A DNA stretch of 64,000 nucleotides. It comes from a virus (Duplodnaviria; Caudoviricetes). Positions 36,749-48,600 of the stretch are shown here, in pieces; within the stretch, counting starts at the first letter, position 1, and the number at the start of each line of letters is the position of its first letter. Under the pieces are notes generated by a model. That model ran no database searches. It saw only the letters and a program-made list of their open reading frames with translations, and was not told where the DNA came from. Both the position numbers and the translations under genes were made by a program. The DNA is taken from positions 32,001 to 96,000 of IMG/VR virus record IMGVR_UViG_3300005077_000001; one strand, given 5' to 3'.

Positions 36749-38406
36749 ATGGCTATTATTTTCACTTCTCTTAATAGCGGTGGTGGCTTTTCTGATGTTA
36801 GTAAGCTTATGTTGATGCACAAGATGCTTCTGATAGATCTTATGCTTTAGATTTGGTTTCTAGCATTTCAGGCTTGGCAGCTGCTTTTTCTGGCGGTGAA
36901 ATTGATTTATCTGCTTTTGCCGATATGGTTACAGAAGACGTTTTACTCACTACAAGTGGTTACTTATTATCACAAATCCCCTCTTTAGCTGGCTATGCAA
37001 CTCAAGTATGGGTTAATTCCAATATAGATACAGTGAGTGGAGTCGTAGTATCGCAAATACCATCTCTCTCTGGTTATGCTACCCAAGTTTGGATCTCTAA
37101 TCAGGATTTAGCTAACCATAGTGATTTATCTACATTAAGCGGAGTTATTGTAAGTCAAATACCTTCTTTAGATTCCTATGCAACTCAGGCATGGACCACT
37201 AATACTTTTGTGACTTTAGAAGATTTATCTACTTTTAGTGGCGGAGGGGGAGTAACGTTACAGCAGCTACTTACTACGAGTGGTGTCTTAGTAGCCCAAA
37301 TCCCATCTCTCACTGGATATGCAACTCAAACATGGGTGGACACCAACTTTATTGATAATAATGAGATTACAGCATATGTAACTCAAACTATGCTTAACAC
37401 AAATTATTACACTAAAACTGATATTAATACAATTAGTGGGGTTTTGGCTAACCAGACTCCAAGCTCTTCTACTGGATTTACATGGAATTTTATAACTTCA
37501 GACACTTCAGCTGAGACTAATAATGGATATATAATAGATGCTGGGGATAACTCAGTGAATTTGTCACTACCTGTATTGCCGGAAGCAGGAGACTCTGTTG
37601 GGATTAAAGTTGTAGATCTTACTAATGAGGTTTTGGTTTCAAAAAATGGATCTCCTATCTTTGGTCAAATATCGGACTTGACTATTGATATTCTAGGTGC
37701 AGCTTTTACATTAGTTTATACAAACTCTTCTTACGGGTGGGTTTGTGTAGACCAGGTATATGAGAGTATGGTATCATCTTTTTCAAATGAATACTCTATG
37801 TATTTTGATGGGTCCAATGATTATGTAAGTGCTCCAGATTCAGATGCGTTAGATTTCGGAACTGATGGGTTTTCTATATCTGTTTGGTTTAAAGCCGCCG
37901 AGGATGGCTTAAATATAATACAATCTATGGTTTCCAAAATATGGGATGTTAGCAGTTCTACAGGTACTCCTGGATGGTGTATTGGTCTTAATAGTAGTGG
38001 ACGGGTGGAAGTATACCTAGGTGATACGGGCGATTCTAATAATGAACCATTAACTGGCTATGAGATGAGTTTGGTAGACTACAGAGACAATATGTGGCAT
38101 AATGTTATATCAATTATTGATAGAAGTCTAAATACTCTTTACATCTACTTTGATGGCGAGTTGAAGAATTCTTTTGATATCTCTGAATGGACTACAAGCT
38201 TTGATAGCTCTTATCCACTATACCTCGGAGCTAATTATAATAAGGGTGGGGCTCTGGATGGCTATTACAAAGGTTATTTAGACGAAGTATCTATTTTTAA
38301 TTCTGTGTTGTCTTTAGATGATGTCTCAAGAGTCTATAATGATGGTCTTGGCTCTGACTTATCAGGTTTCGATAATTTAGTCGCTTGGTATAGAATGGGG
38401 GATTAA
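36749..38406 (+). CDS. fibre protein: QIPSL repeats + C-terminal LamG domain; -1 frameshift at ~36804 (track ORF starts 36853)
   Basis: ATG 36749 MAIIFTSLNSGGGFSDVSK joins AYVDAQDASDRSYALDLVSSISG in the next frame; FDGSNDYV...FSISVWFK...YLDEVSIFN...WYRMGD. Confidence 0.75.
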
Positions 38407-38408
38407 AA

Positions 38409-40319
38409 ATGTCATTTCCTACTTTAATAGATTATTCACCTACAGCTAATAATGCAACAGCTTATAATACTACATCTGGTTGTATAAGTGTTACTAGCTC
38501 ACAGTATAACCCCGTGTCGTATATGATTAAAAAGCCGTACTTAGTATGGCAACTAGATGATACCACGATGAAAATAAACTGGCAGTTGGATAGAACATCT
38601 ACTTGCCGGATTTCTTATGGGACTGATACTACATACGGTTTAGGTAGTCATACTACTACTGAGACTGGCTCTGGAACAAATGAGCATCAACATTCTTATA
38701 CCCTTACTAATCTAACCCCCGGTACAAAATATTACTATAAAATACAAGATCGAGGCGTGTATTATGGGGAATTTGTGGCTCCGAATAGCTCTGATGATGA
38801 TTCCTATTTCTTTGCTATAGGAGACACGCAGGGAACTCCACTAAAGCACTTCAATTTTATGTCTAAAAAAATGTACCAAATAGTGGCGAGCGGAACTCCT
38901 TATAATTTTGTATTTCATGCTGGGGATTGGTCTGATACAGATACTGAAGAAAATATCCAGGAAAACTTCTTTGACCCGGATTATTACTACAGCAACAAAA
39001 TACGTTCTAATATTCCATTCATCGGAGTTAGAGGAAACCACGATAATACTGATGGAGCTGTAACTTATCATAAATATTGGGACTTTAATTATGTTACCCC
39101 TTTTTATATGTATTTTGATAATGGTCCAGTAAGGCATATTCTCGTGGATGCTTATGGTACGATAACTCCAGGATCATCTCAGTACAATTGGCTTGAGTCT
39201 ACCATATCTGGTTCTACTAAACCATGGAATATAATATGGGTACATACTCCAATATTTACTGATAACGGAGGGCATGGTTCTAATACTACATTAAGGGGTA
39301 ATATTGGCCCACTATTAGCTTCTGGAATAACTCAATTAGTTATTGGTGGTCATAACCACTTCTATAGCAGATGCACTGTTAGTGGAATAACACATATAAC
39401 TACTGGTGGGGCTGGAGCTTCACTATATACTCCTACTTATTCAGGCACAGGCTTGGATATAACTGTACAAGATTGGCACTTTCTAGAATTTTATGCAACC
39501 ACTTCTGGACTAACTTGTAACGCAAGAAGTTGGGATGATTATGCTTTAATTGATACTTTTACCTTAGTTGCGAGTGGTATCCAAAGTGAAGAAGAGGAGC
39601 CCGAAGAGTTCAATAACGTATATTCTACATATTTTGCTGGGACAGACGACTATGGAATAGTATCAGACAGTAGAAGTCTAGATTTTGGTAGAAATGATTT
39701 CGGTATTTCTTTCTGGGCTAGAATTGATGGAACTCCAGCTACTTACCAATCTTTAGTAAGTAAAATAAACGATTATAATTCTAGTAGCGGTGGCAAAGGG
39801 TGGTCTGTATATGTTAACACATCAGGAAGAGTGTGTATTAAAATCAGCGATACTGAAAACAGTACATTAACAGAATACAGTACAAAAACTACTGATTATA
39901 GAGACGGGAATTGGCATCATTTCATATTTAATTATTATTTTGCTACGAATACGGCTTCCTATTTTATTGACGGGGTTGCTCAGGATAGTGATGTTACATC
40001 GGCTTTTGCTGGTAACTTTGACTCTACATATCCTCTTATGGTAGGTATGGGGTGGAATAAAGGAGCTACTAAAGATTTAGCCTTAACTGGGTATGTGGAT
40101 GAGATTTCGATACATAATTCACCTATAGATCAAGCTAAGGCAACTTCTATGTACAATAATGGAAAGCCTGTCGATCTATCTGAGGATAATACTCTAATGG
40201 CTTGGTGGAGAATGGGCGATGGGGATACTTACCCAAATATAACTGACCACGGACCCAATAACCTTACAATGACTGTGTATAATATGACATCTGAAAGTAT
40301 TGTTTCTACTGTACCATAA
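38409..40319 (+). CDS. FN3 + purple-acid-phosphatase-like metallophosphoesterase + LamG protein
   Basis: IGDTQG, AGDW, GNHD, VHTP, GHNH; LTNLTPGTKYYY; C-terminal LamG YVDEISI...WWRMGD. Confidence 0.85.
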   Translation: MSFPTLIDYSPTANNATAYNTTSGCISVTSSQYNPVSYMIKKPYLVWQLDDTTMKINWQLDRTSTCRISYGTDTTYGLGSHTTTETGSGTNEHQHSYTLTNLTPGTKYYYKIQDRGVYYGEFVAPNSSDDDSYFFAIGDTQGTPLKHFNFMSKKMYQIVASGTPYNFVFHAGDWSDTDTEENIQENFFDPDYYYSNKIRSNIPFIGVRGNHDNTDGAVTYHKYWDFNYVTPFYMYFDNGPVRHILVDAYGTITPGSSQYNWLESTISGSTKPWNIIWVHTPIFTDNGGHGSNTTLRGNIGPLLASGITQLVIGGHNHFYSRCTVSGITHITTGGAGASLYTPTYSGTGLDITVQDWHFLEFYATTSGLTCNARSWDDYALIDTFTLVASGIQSEEEEPEEFNNVYSTYFAGTDDYGIVSDSRSLDFGRNDFGISFWARIDGTPATYQSLVSKINDYNSSSGGKGWSVYVNTSGRVCIKISDTENSTLTEYSTKTTDYRDGNWHHFIFNYYFATNTASYFIDGVAQDSDVTSAFAGNFDSTYPLMVGMGWNKGATKDLALTGYVDEISIHNSPIDQAKATSMYNNGKPVDLSEDNTLMAWWRMGDGDTYPNITDHGPNNLTMTVYNMTSESIVSTVP

Positions 40320-40332
40320 TAGAGATTAAATA

Positions 40333-42969
40333 ATGAAACTTAGTGATATTTACCCACAACCAGTTTATTTAACCGAGCTTATTTCTGCAAGCGGGGTTAT
40401 TGTAAATCAAATACCTTCCCTAAATGGGTATGCTACTGAAGTTTGGGTGGCAAATGAACTGAATACTATTTCTGGCGGGGGAGATGTTACATTATCCCAA
40501 CTTATCACAACCAGTGGGGATATTATTGATCAACTTAATCAGATATCAATCAGTGGAGAGGGGCTTCCTATAGCTGTTGACCGGTCTTTATTAGTTTATG
40601 TAGATGATCATTGGGAAGGTACTACTGACGGTATATTTACTGCTTATAGTGGCAGCTTTACTCATGGGCTAACTGTAGGAACTGGCACTTTACATTTCAA
40701 TCAAGAGGGTATTGTTTTTGCTGATGGAAGTGAAATTACTGGTGCTCCTCAAGTTATTGGCGAGGAAATTTTATATGCTGTACCGAGTGGTATGGCTTGG
40801 ATTATTAAGCCATCCTCTAGACTTGCAAGGATCATCAATGATGGTGTTTTGCATGCCGGAACTCCTGGAACCGTAACTTGGTCTGGAATGCAAATTGGTT
40901 TATGGAATGGAGAAGAGTGGTCTGTTGTTACTCCACCTGCGGTTATGTACGAATTTGATGGCTCCAAAAGAGATATTGATAATAATGCATTAGAAGAAGG
41001 AACTAAGTATGATGTATATGCCAAGTATGCGTCTTCTACTGAATTTGACTTCATAATTGTTCCTTGGGATAGTACCACTTCAAGAAGAGCTGACACCTGT
41101 ATACTCCACGAGAGTACCCGTGTTTATGATTCTAGTTCTGATGGATTGAAGATGAGATTTTTAGGATCATTTACATTTGATGTGGAATACACCCCATCAT
41201 GGACTGAATGGGAACAGGAAAAGATCTATGAGCGTGGTGATATAGTAAAGCACGATGATAAATATTATGTATGTAAATGTAGGCATGCTTCTGATCCTTG
41301 GCACTCTTGGAGTTATGATACAACCTATAGTGGTGGAGATGTTGTAGTCATCACTGATGACTTAGTCGAAATATTCATATGTTTGCAGGACCATACTAGT
41401 GTCCCAGAGTCAGCAGTTTGGTGGCCGTCTGGAGGTGTCTACCAGCATTACACGCTAGGGGATTGGGTATGGTACCCACCTGAAGCGTCAGATGAGAATG
41501 AGCGTTATCTATATACTTGTATACAAGAAGAGGGAAGTTTAGAAAATCCTCCTACAGGAGAACAGACTGATAATACTTGGTGGCACTACGAACGAATACT
41601 AGTTTTGAATCCTAATCCGAGTTGTGTTAATGAGTATAACCAATTTGTCCCTAAATATGATCCACCTGTTGTGTGTGATTATTGGCAGGATATGGGGCGG
41701 TATGAAAATGAACCAGGGCTAGATACTATAAGCGATCCAGATCCTTGGGAATATTATTGGGCTCCAATAACAAATGGTAACTTCCCAATGTGGATTACTA
41801 ATAGATACATTATGAATCAGTATATAGACATAGATGTTGTACAGTATTTTCCTGCTGAGGGAACAACTCCAGTAGAATATATATCTAATACAATACTTGG
41901 ACCTCGTACTATGAATTATAAAGCACCGCAAATGCAATGTGAACGTGGTGCAGCTGTGTATCCAGGAACCTATTCAGAATCTATTTATTTACCTGCTGGA
42001 AATTATTCTGCGGCGGGAACTCTTGCGGATTCTATTTATCCTGATACATCAAACACGTCTATTCTGTGGAATTTATCAGCTAATAGTTCATTTACTTTGT
42101 TAGATGGCACTGTTGATAGCAGAACTGCTGTTGAATCTTGGTATTCAGTCTTTATGGTTGCTTCTGGTATTACAGTTTTACCGTGGTTTAGTACTTTTGG
42201 TCTAGGTGGCTTTGATGATAATGAAAATATGGCTGTTTGGGTTTACTATTTTGAACCAGAGAACGATGACTATAAAATAATTACTGAAGATGGTCAGTGG
42301 GCGGGGTATAGAGTTGTACGTCATAGTTCTGGTGTAGGAGAAGGAGCTGTGGCAACAATAGCTAGTGGTATGGTATATTATGAACATGATACCATGATTG
42401 GACCTATTGCTGGTCCTTGCTTAGCTTTAGAACCGGCAGTTGGTTGGAGTGACGATCCAGTAGATCCTTTCTCTGGTGAGGAATATATACAAATGGTACC
42501 CCCTGCAAATGTTCCTTATCTTTATTTAGGAAGTGTGCTTTGCACCTCCACCGATGGCAAGTTTCAAGCATTTTCAAAGAAGGGGAACACTTATAAGTGG
42601 GATTTTCCCATTACAATATCAGGGTACAGTGCAGAAGATGGATATTGTGGGTTAGTTAATTTTTCCAGGGCTGCTATCCCAACAGCAAAATCTTATAATT
42701 TTGCTTTAAAAATCAAATCATCTGGTGTATGTGATTATCTTGGGGTTGTGTTTGATGATTATTGGGGAGATGATGGGGTAAAATACTATTATCCTACTAA
42801 AGGGTTAGATAATCCAGAAATATCTATTCCATTTTATGGTTTTTCTTCTGATGAATGCGAGTTCACTTATTTAAGATGTATTAAATACAATGTCGATGGG
42901 GAAACTGGAGAATTAGTTGAGTCACCAGCAGATGAGTCATGGGTAATTATGACAGGATTTCAAGATTAA
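40333..42969 (+). CDS. fibre/adhesin protein with shared fibre domain and CBM5/12-like repeats
   Basis: QIPSL repeat; IGLWNG...YDVYA...RFLG domain; WEQEKIYERGDIVKHDDKYYVC and two related repeats. Confidence 0.7.
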   Translation: MKLSDIYPQPVYLTELISASGVIVNQIPSLNGYATEVWVANELNTISGGGDVTLSQLITTSGDIIDQLNQISISGEGLPIAVDRSLLVYVDDHWEGTTDGIFTAYSGSFTHGLTVGTGTLHFNQEGIVFADGSEITGAPQVIGEEILYAVPSGMAWIIKPSSRLARIINDGVLHAGTPGTVTWSGMQIGLWNGEEWSVVTPPAVMYEFDGSKRDIDNNALEEGTKYDVYAKYASSTEFDFIIVPWDSTTSRRADTCILHESTRVYDSSSDGLKMRFLGSFTFDVEYTPSWTEWEQEKIYERGDIVKHDDKYYVCKCRHASDPWHSWSYDTTYSGGDVVVITDDLVEIFICLQDHTSVPESAVWWPSGGVYQHYTLGDWVWYPPEASDENERYLYTCIQEEGSLENPPTGEQTDNTWWHYERILVLNPNPSCVNEYNQFVPKYDPPVVCDYWQDMGRYENEPGLDTISDPDPWEYYWAPITNGNFPMWITNRYIMNQYIDIDVVQYFPAEGTTPVEYISNTILGPRTMNYKAPQMQCERGAAVYPGTYSESIYLPAGNYSAAGTLADSIYPDTSNTSILWNLSANSSFTLLDGTVDSRTAVESWYSVFMVASGITVLPWFSTFGLGGFDDNENMAVWVYYFEPENDDYKIITEDGQWAGYRVVRHSSGVGEGAVATIASGMVYYEHDTMIGPIAGPCLALEPAVGWSDDPVDPFSGEEYIQMVPPANVPYLYLGSVLCTSTDGKFQAFSKKGNTYKWDFPITISGYSAEDGYCGLVNFSRAAIPTAKSYNFALKIKSSGVCDYLGVVFDDYWGDDGVKYYYPTKGLDNPEISIPFYGFSSDECEFTYLRCIKYNVDGETGELVESPADESWVIMTGFQD

Positions 42970-43046
42970 AGTTTATAAGTATCTTTGTAATTAAAAGGAG
43001 GTATGGTTTTTTACCAACCTAAAAACAAAAAAAGGAGAAAAGGATT

Positions 43047-43238
43047 ATGGTTAGTAACAGTGAGTTAGAAGCTTTGGAGTTGCTGGTAAAGGCGGGTCGT
43101 ATTGTGTCTAATGTGGCTTGGACTGATGCTGCACCTCAAGCGGCTGAGTATATTATAGACTTAGCGAAGCGTATAGTGTCAGAACGAGAGCCATCACAAG
43201 ATAATTTAAGTACATTATTAAATATGGGAGGAAATTAA
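43047..43238 (+). CDS. hypothetical protein
   Basis: AGGAG RBS. Confidence 0.6.
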   Translation: MVSNSELEALELLVKAGRIVSNVAWTDAAPQAAEYIIDLAKRIVSEREPSQDNLSTLLNMGGN

Positions 43239-43240
43239 GA

Positions 43241-43537
43241 ATGGATTTGTAAACTGTAATTAGTGCTACTCAAGCTGGTAAACTGAATTGGTACGAAGAT
43301 AATTCTACAAGGGGCACTACGGGCCCAGCTAAAAAGTATTATCTTTGTACGTTAAATTCTTATAATTTTGATGTATCCGTATCAGATAATACTATTGAAG
43401 TCACAAAAGATAATGTAAAGGTATTTTCTGATAAAGAAGCTCAAAGTTTAGTATCAGAAATTGCTTTTTACCTAGTTTCAAAAGCAGAAACCGAGAAAGC
43501 AAGCTTGGTTGGTGCTTTAAACGACCTACTAGCATAA
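43241..43537 (+). pseudogene. 98-codon ORF with in-frame TAA at codon 4 (possibly a sequencing artefact); paralog family LIxxTxxxKIxW
   Basis: GGAGG RBS, ATG GAT TTG TAA then TVISATQAGKLNW...GALNDLLA-TAA. Confidence 0.65.
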
Positions 43538-43627
43538 CAATAGATGTTTGTGGGGGTGGATTATATTTTTAACTAATTAATTAGTATAAGTAGACTTATT
43601 CTTATTAGTTTATACAGAGGTTTTACT

Positions 43628-43945
43628 ATGTTCGTTACTCCACCCCCTCGTGACCAAGAAAATAATATATTACAAGGATATATTTCTGGAATTCCCAATG
43701 TACTTAATATTACTTGCCTTAGTGGTGTCTGGACAGAAATAAATAGTCCTTATGAAACTAAAGAGCTTCTTATTCAATCTAGAGGGTCTGTTACCTGGTA
43801 CTTTTCTAATGATGCATTGGGATTAACCTATTTTAGCTTCTATAATGGTGCAGCTTGGAAAGCGAACATAGCTTCGGTGTCAGGTACAATAGGGTACGTG
43901 AGTACAGAACAAAATACTGTAATAGAAGTTTTAATAGGGGTATAA
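43628..43945 (+). CDS. small beta-sandwich virion-type protein
   Basis: AGAGG RBS after TTAACTAA motif; 3 SG motifs. Confidence 0.6.
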   Translation: MFVTPPPRDQENNILQGYISGIPNVLNITCLSGVWTEINSPYETKELLIQSRGSVTWYFSNDALGLTYFSFYNGAAWKANIASVSGTIGYVSTEQNTVIEVLIGV

Positions 43946-43948
43946 TTA

Positions 43949-45685
43949 ATGGAAGTTATTGCTCCTAATACTAATATAAATACCTATACCAAAATAGAGA
44001 TTGATGCAAGAGATAACAATTTATATGATCTTATAATAACTCAATCTGGCATTGCTCATTCTTATACAAATTTATCTATTACTTCACTAAGTGGGTATTT
44101 AGTAAATTATGTAGACATTCAAGATACTAATTTTTACAATAATCTACACAATCAGCTTACCACAGCTTCCTCTTACTTATATCACCACCACACAGGCGTC
44201 TCTGGAATTCAAGTTTTTACACAATCAAATGAAATTATAATAGATGGGTCTGACCTCATCTATGATTTTATTGGTGATGGCACAAATATAAACGTGAGTT
44301 TAAGTGGGCATACTTATCAGATAAGTTATTCTGGTGATGGTATTACGGTTGGAGAAAGTGTGTTTAATGGTAGTGATGGGGCTACAATAGGGCATTTTCT
44401 TAATACAACAAACCACACAACACATATAGACATTTGTAATATATATGACTATACAGTAGAACAAATTGCTGGAGTAGGGGACTATTGGATAAAAAAAGGT
44501 TTGACAGCAGATGTTGTTTATACTACAGGTTCAGGTTCAGTAGGGATACAATTCAATTACTTATGTGCTGTTTCTGGAGTTGACATTGGTATATACACAG
44601 CTCCATCAAATTCTAAATTACCTTGTGCTGAATGTGTAGGTGATAATTTAATTGTAACTGGTCAATTACAGGATTGTAATCAAAATTCGTATATTGCTCC
44701 TCCACCTAATTATTGTCCTCCAGATATTAAATGGTTGACTGGTAGTGGTGGAATTACTGTAATGCCAGGTACCTATTTTGCTGGTGGACCCCGTATTAGT
44801 AGACAATACAAAGACTTATGCAATATAAATAATTATTGGGAAGTAGAAAATTATTTTAATATATCTATTTCTGGAAGTACAGTTGGTGGGTTAGTGAATA
44901 ATGCTTGGTATCAGTTCTATTTAACAAGCACAACTAGTGGTATATTTTTACCTATAATTAAGATAGCGAATGTCAGTTGGAATTCCCCTTATGTTGGAAT
45001 GACTACCATTAATCCTGGGAATTGTGATGACTCGTCTTATAACGACAACTATATAACGGAACATAATATTTTTAATAATTATCGTTTATATAAAATAGAT
45101 ACCGATTATACAGATGGTTACAAAATGGATGTAATTGGTTCGGTCGAGTACTCCCACGACCAGATTGTAGTAGCAGGAAACCATACAGGTGATTCAGGAG
45201 CACAGCTAGCTATTGGAGACTATCTAATTTTAGCGCCGCCGGTAGAAACAAAATCATTATATTTAGGAACAGTAAGGTTAAATTCTTTGTATAAAATATT
45301 GTCATTTGATAAAGCTGGGTGGGATTATGATTACCACAACAGATGGACTATAGCAGGGAATAAATCTACTTCACCAGGAAATACATACATAGGCAGTGTA
45401 GTACCCCCTAATGCAAGGTATGGGGATGCGATCATATTTCAACGTTCTGAAGCAAATAGTGCTAACGCTCAACTTTGTTATTTATACTATGGTAATTCAG
45501 GTACAGAGTTGAGAAAAATGTTGGAAGGGGATGAGGCGTCGGCAACTCAATACAGAACCTTCTCGTGGGATACTTCTTTATTAATGAGTTATCCTTGTTA
45601 TGTACGTAATAGTATGCAGGAGTATAGAGGAGGATGGACCTCAGCAACAGTTGGAGAATTCAATATTTATGGTTGGAGAGAGTAA
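43949..45685 (+). CDS. fibre/adhesin-type structural protein
   Basis: C-terminal domain paralogous to C-half of 40333 (PGTY; WY; PP...LYLG[TS]V; F.K.G); SG-rich. Confidence 0.65.
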   Translation: MEVIAPNTNINTYTKIEIDARDNNLYDLIITQSGIAHSYTNLSITSLSGYLVNYVDIQDTNFYNNLHNQLTTASSYLYHHHTGVSGIQVFTQSNEIIIDGSDLIYDFIGDGTNINVSLSGHTYQISYSGDGITVGESVFNGSDGATIGHFLNTTNHTTHIDICNIYDYTVEQIAGVGDYWIKKGLTADVVYTTGSGSVGIQFNYLCAVSGVDIGIYTAPSNSKLPCAECVGDNLIVTGQLQDCNQNSYIAPPPNYCPPDIKWLTGSGGITVMPGTYFAGGPRISRQYKDLCNINNYWEVENYFNISISGSTVGGLVNNAWYQFYLTSTTSGIFLPIIKIANVSWNSPYVGMTTINPGNCDDSSYNDNYITEHNIFNNYRLYKIDTDYTDGYKMDVIGSVEYSHDQIVVAGNHTGDSGAQLAIGDYLILAPPVETKSLYLGTVRLNSLYKILSFDKAGWDYDYHNRWTIAGNKSTSPGNTYIGSVVPPNARYGDAIIFQRSEANSANAQLCYLYYGNSGTELRKMLEGDEASATQYRTFSWDTSLLMSYPCYVRNSMQEYRGGWTSATVGEFNIYGWRE

Positions 45686-48600
45686 TTGACTTCTTATAGT
45701 TTATTAGATTTATATAATTTAATTCAATCAAATCCAAGTAATACTTCTTTATCTGGGATTAATGGTATTACTACGTACCTAGATGGGGGAGTGTGGTTTG
45801 TTGATGGGTCTAGTGTATCTGGAACTGGAAGTGGTGATGTAGTATTGATAGGGGAAGGTGGAATTTATGTTGAGCAAGTTGGGGATACTTGGTATATAGA
45901 TGGTACAAATATTTCTGGCACTGGAGAAGGAATCTCCATTAGTGGGTTGAATGGAATTCAAACTTCTTATAATAGTGGAACCTGGTGGATTGATGCACAA
46001 GAGATTAATCAGACTATAACTACGGCTAGTTCTTACATAATTTCTCAAATACCTAGTCTTGATGGGTATGCTACTCAAACATGGGTGAATTCAAATTTTA
46101 TTGATACAAGTGAAATAACTACGATTAGTGGAGATATAATCACCTACGTAAATAATCATTCTGCTAATGTATCTTTGTCTGGTATTGGAGGGATAGTCAC
46201 TACCCAATCTGGTTCTGTTTGGTATATAGATGCTTCTTCTGTTTCTGGAACAGGAACTGGAAGCACAACATTATCTGGAATTAATGGAGCTTCCACAAGT
46301 TTATCTGGAGGTGTTTGGTACGTTTCTGTTCCCACCTTATCAAATTATGCTACCTATTCTCAATTAACTACTACTTCTGCATATATCATTACACAAATAC
46401 TTACTTCAGCTAGTGGTATAAGCTTTAACGGGGTTGAAGTTGCAGCGGACGGTGCTACAAATACTAGTACTACTCCTGCCATACCAAGTTCAGCTAATGC
46501 TAGTTACAATTCATGGGTGACTAACTTATATGATAATAACCCATCTACTGAATGGTCTGCAATGGCCGGAACCGGTTGGGTTAGGTATGATTACGGGTTT
46601 TCAACTCCCAAAACAATAAATAAATATAGAATTCAAAGTAGACTTAGTTATGATGATTGGCCAAAGAATTGGACTATACAAGGAAGTAACGATGGTAGTA
46701 ATTGGACTACTTTACATACAGTAACTAATTCTACTCATGTTCCTATCGGTAATTATTGGTCAGAGTGGTATACTTTCTATAATCCTTCTTCCTATCGCTA
46801 TTACTTGTGGAATATTACTGCTCCTTGGAATTCAGTGACAGCAGTGGCTGAGTTTCAGATGGTGGAAGCTATAAACCCAGTTAGCTACATTTATACTTCA
46901 GCGGACACCACAGTCCATGCAGGATTAATAGCAGTCCAACAGTTTGTACCAACTCTTAGTGGAAATATATTAGCACGAGTTCCTACACTATCTGGTATAA
47001 ATGGAATCACAACGACTTTATCTGGCAATGTGTGGTACGTAAATGGAGCTTCTGTTTCTGGTACTGGAACTGGTAATATAATTTTATCAGGAACGGGAGG
47101 TATTATTACTACACAGTCTGGGAATATTTGGTATATAGATGCTTCGTCTGTTTCTGGAACAGGAACCGGGGGAAGTTCAACACTTTCTGGAGTTGGTGGT
47201 ATTTCTACAACTTTATCTGGTGGTATTTGGTATGTCGATGGGTCATCAGTACAAGGAGTTACTGGCCAGCTTGCGCCAATAGTAACAGGATCAAACACCT
47301 TTTCTGCAGATGGAACTCTTATTACTCATAATTTAAATAATATAAATCATTATACTTCTGTAACTCCCGTTGTATCTTCAGCTGAAGACGCCGCTAAAAT
47401 AGGTACAATTTATGTTGATTTAGGAGTAGATGAAGATACAATTTATTGTACCGGACAGAGCGATGCTGATGGATTACCTTTTATATGGAATGCTTCTGTT
47501 TCTGGGTATGCATTAGTATCTGGTACAGAGGGCACGTCTTTAGAGTGTGCTTATTGTCAAGATGGGAATCTTTATGTCACTGGCAGTGGTATTTTCCCAC
47601 ACGGTATTCAGGTAGGAAGTGGTACCTTATATATAACTTCGGATGGGATTAGATTTTCTGATGGGACTCAGATGACAACTGCTGTCTCACAAATTAATAT
47701 ATCGGGAACAGTTGGCATATCCACAAGTTATAGTGAAGGTATTTGGTACATACAAGGTCCTAGTTTATCAAATTATGTAACAGCTTCTACTTTGGATACC
47801 ATTTCAGGAAATATTGTATCCCAAATCCATACTGTATCAGGTACAGAAGCTTCTCAAATTAGTACAGCTCCCGGTAGAATATGGGATGGTTCTTACAACA
47901 CCAGCACTGATTATGCTACTGCTCAGATGACAGGTAATTCTTCTCCTTCCCCATATGTTGCATCCGCCAGTTCTGAGTCTACTGGATATTGGGGAGGTCA
48001 AGCATTTACAGCTTTTGACAAAGAAAGTACATTGTTTTGGCATTCACAAAATGGATTGCCAAATTGGATACAAATAGATTTAGGATCTAGTAATACAAAA
48101 GTAATTAATAAGTATAGAGTTCTTCGCCGTTCTAGTGGGGATCACACCCCTCTTACTTGGGATTTCCAGGGGAGCGATAATGCATCTGATTGGACAACTC
48201 TACATTCAGTTAGTAATATATCCTATACTGGTAACTGGACGGCTTGGCAGACATTTACCAATAGTAATTCCTATAGATACTATCGTTTTTATATTACAGC
48301 ATCCACTTCTTCCTATTCAAACATAGCTGATATTCAACTAGTTGAAGCAAATATAGTTTATACTTCTTATGATATTTTACCTAATGCAGATACTTTGGAT
48401 GTTTTTCTGGATAATATAGACAATGAATTTTATGAAATAGAAACTACAATGAGTGGTAACATAGTAGCACAGATTCCTTCATTAAGTAGTTATCCTACAT
48501 ATTCTTATCTAAATACTGTATCGGGAAACATTGTACAGCAAATACCCTCTTTAACAAATTATGTTACCTCCTCTACTTTAATTACAGTTTCTGGGAATAT

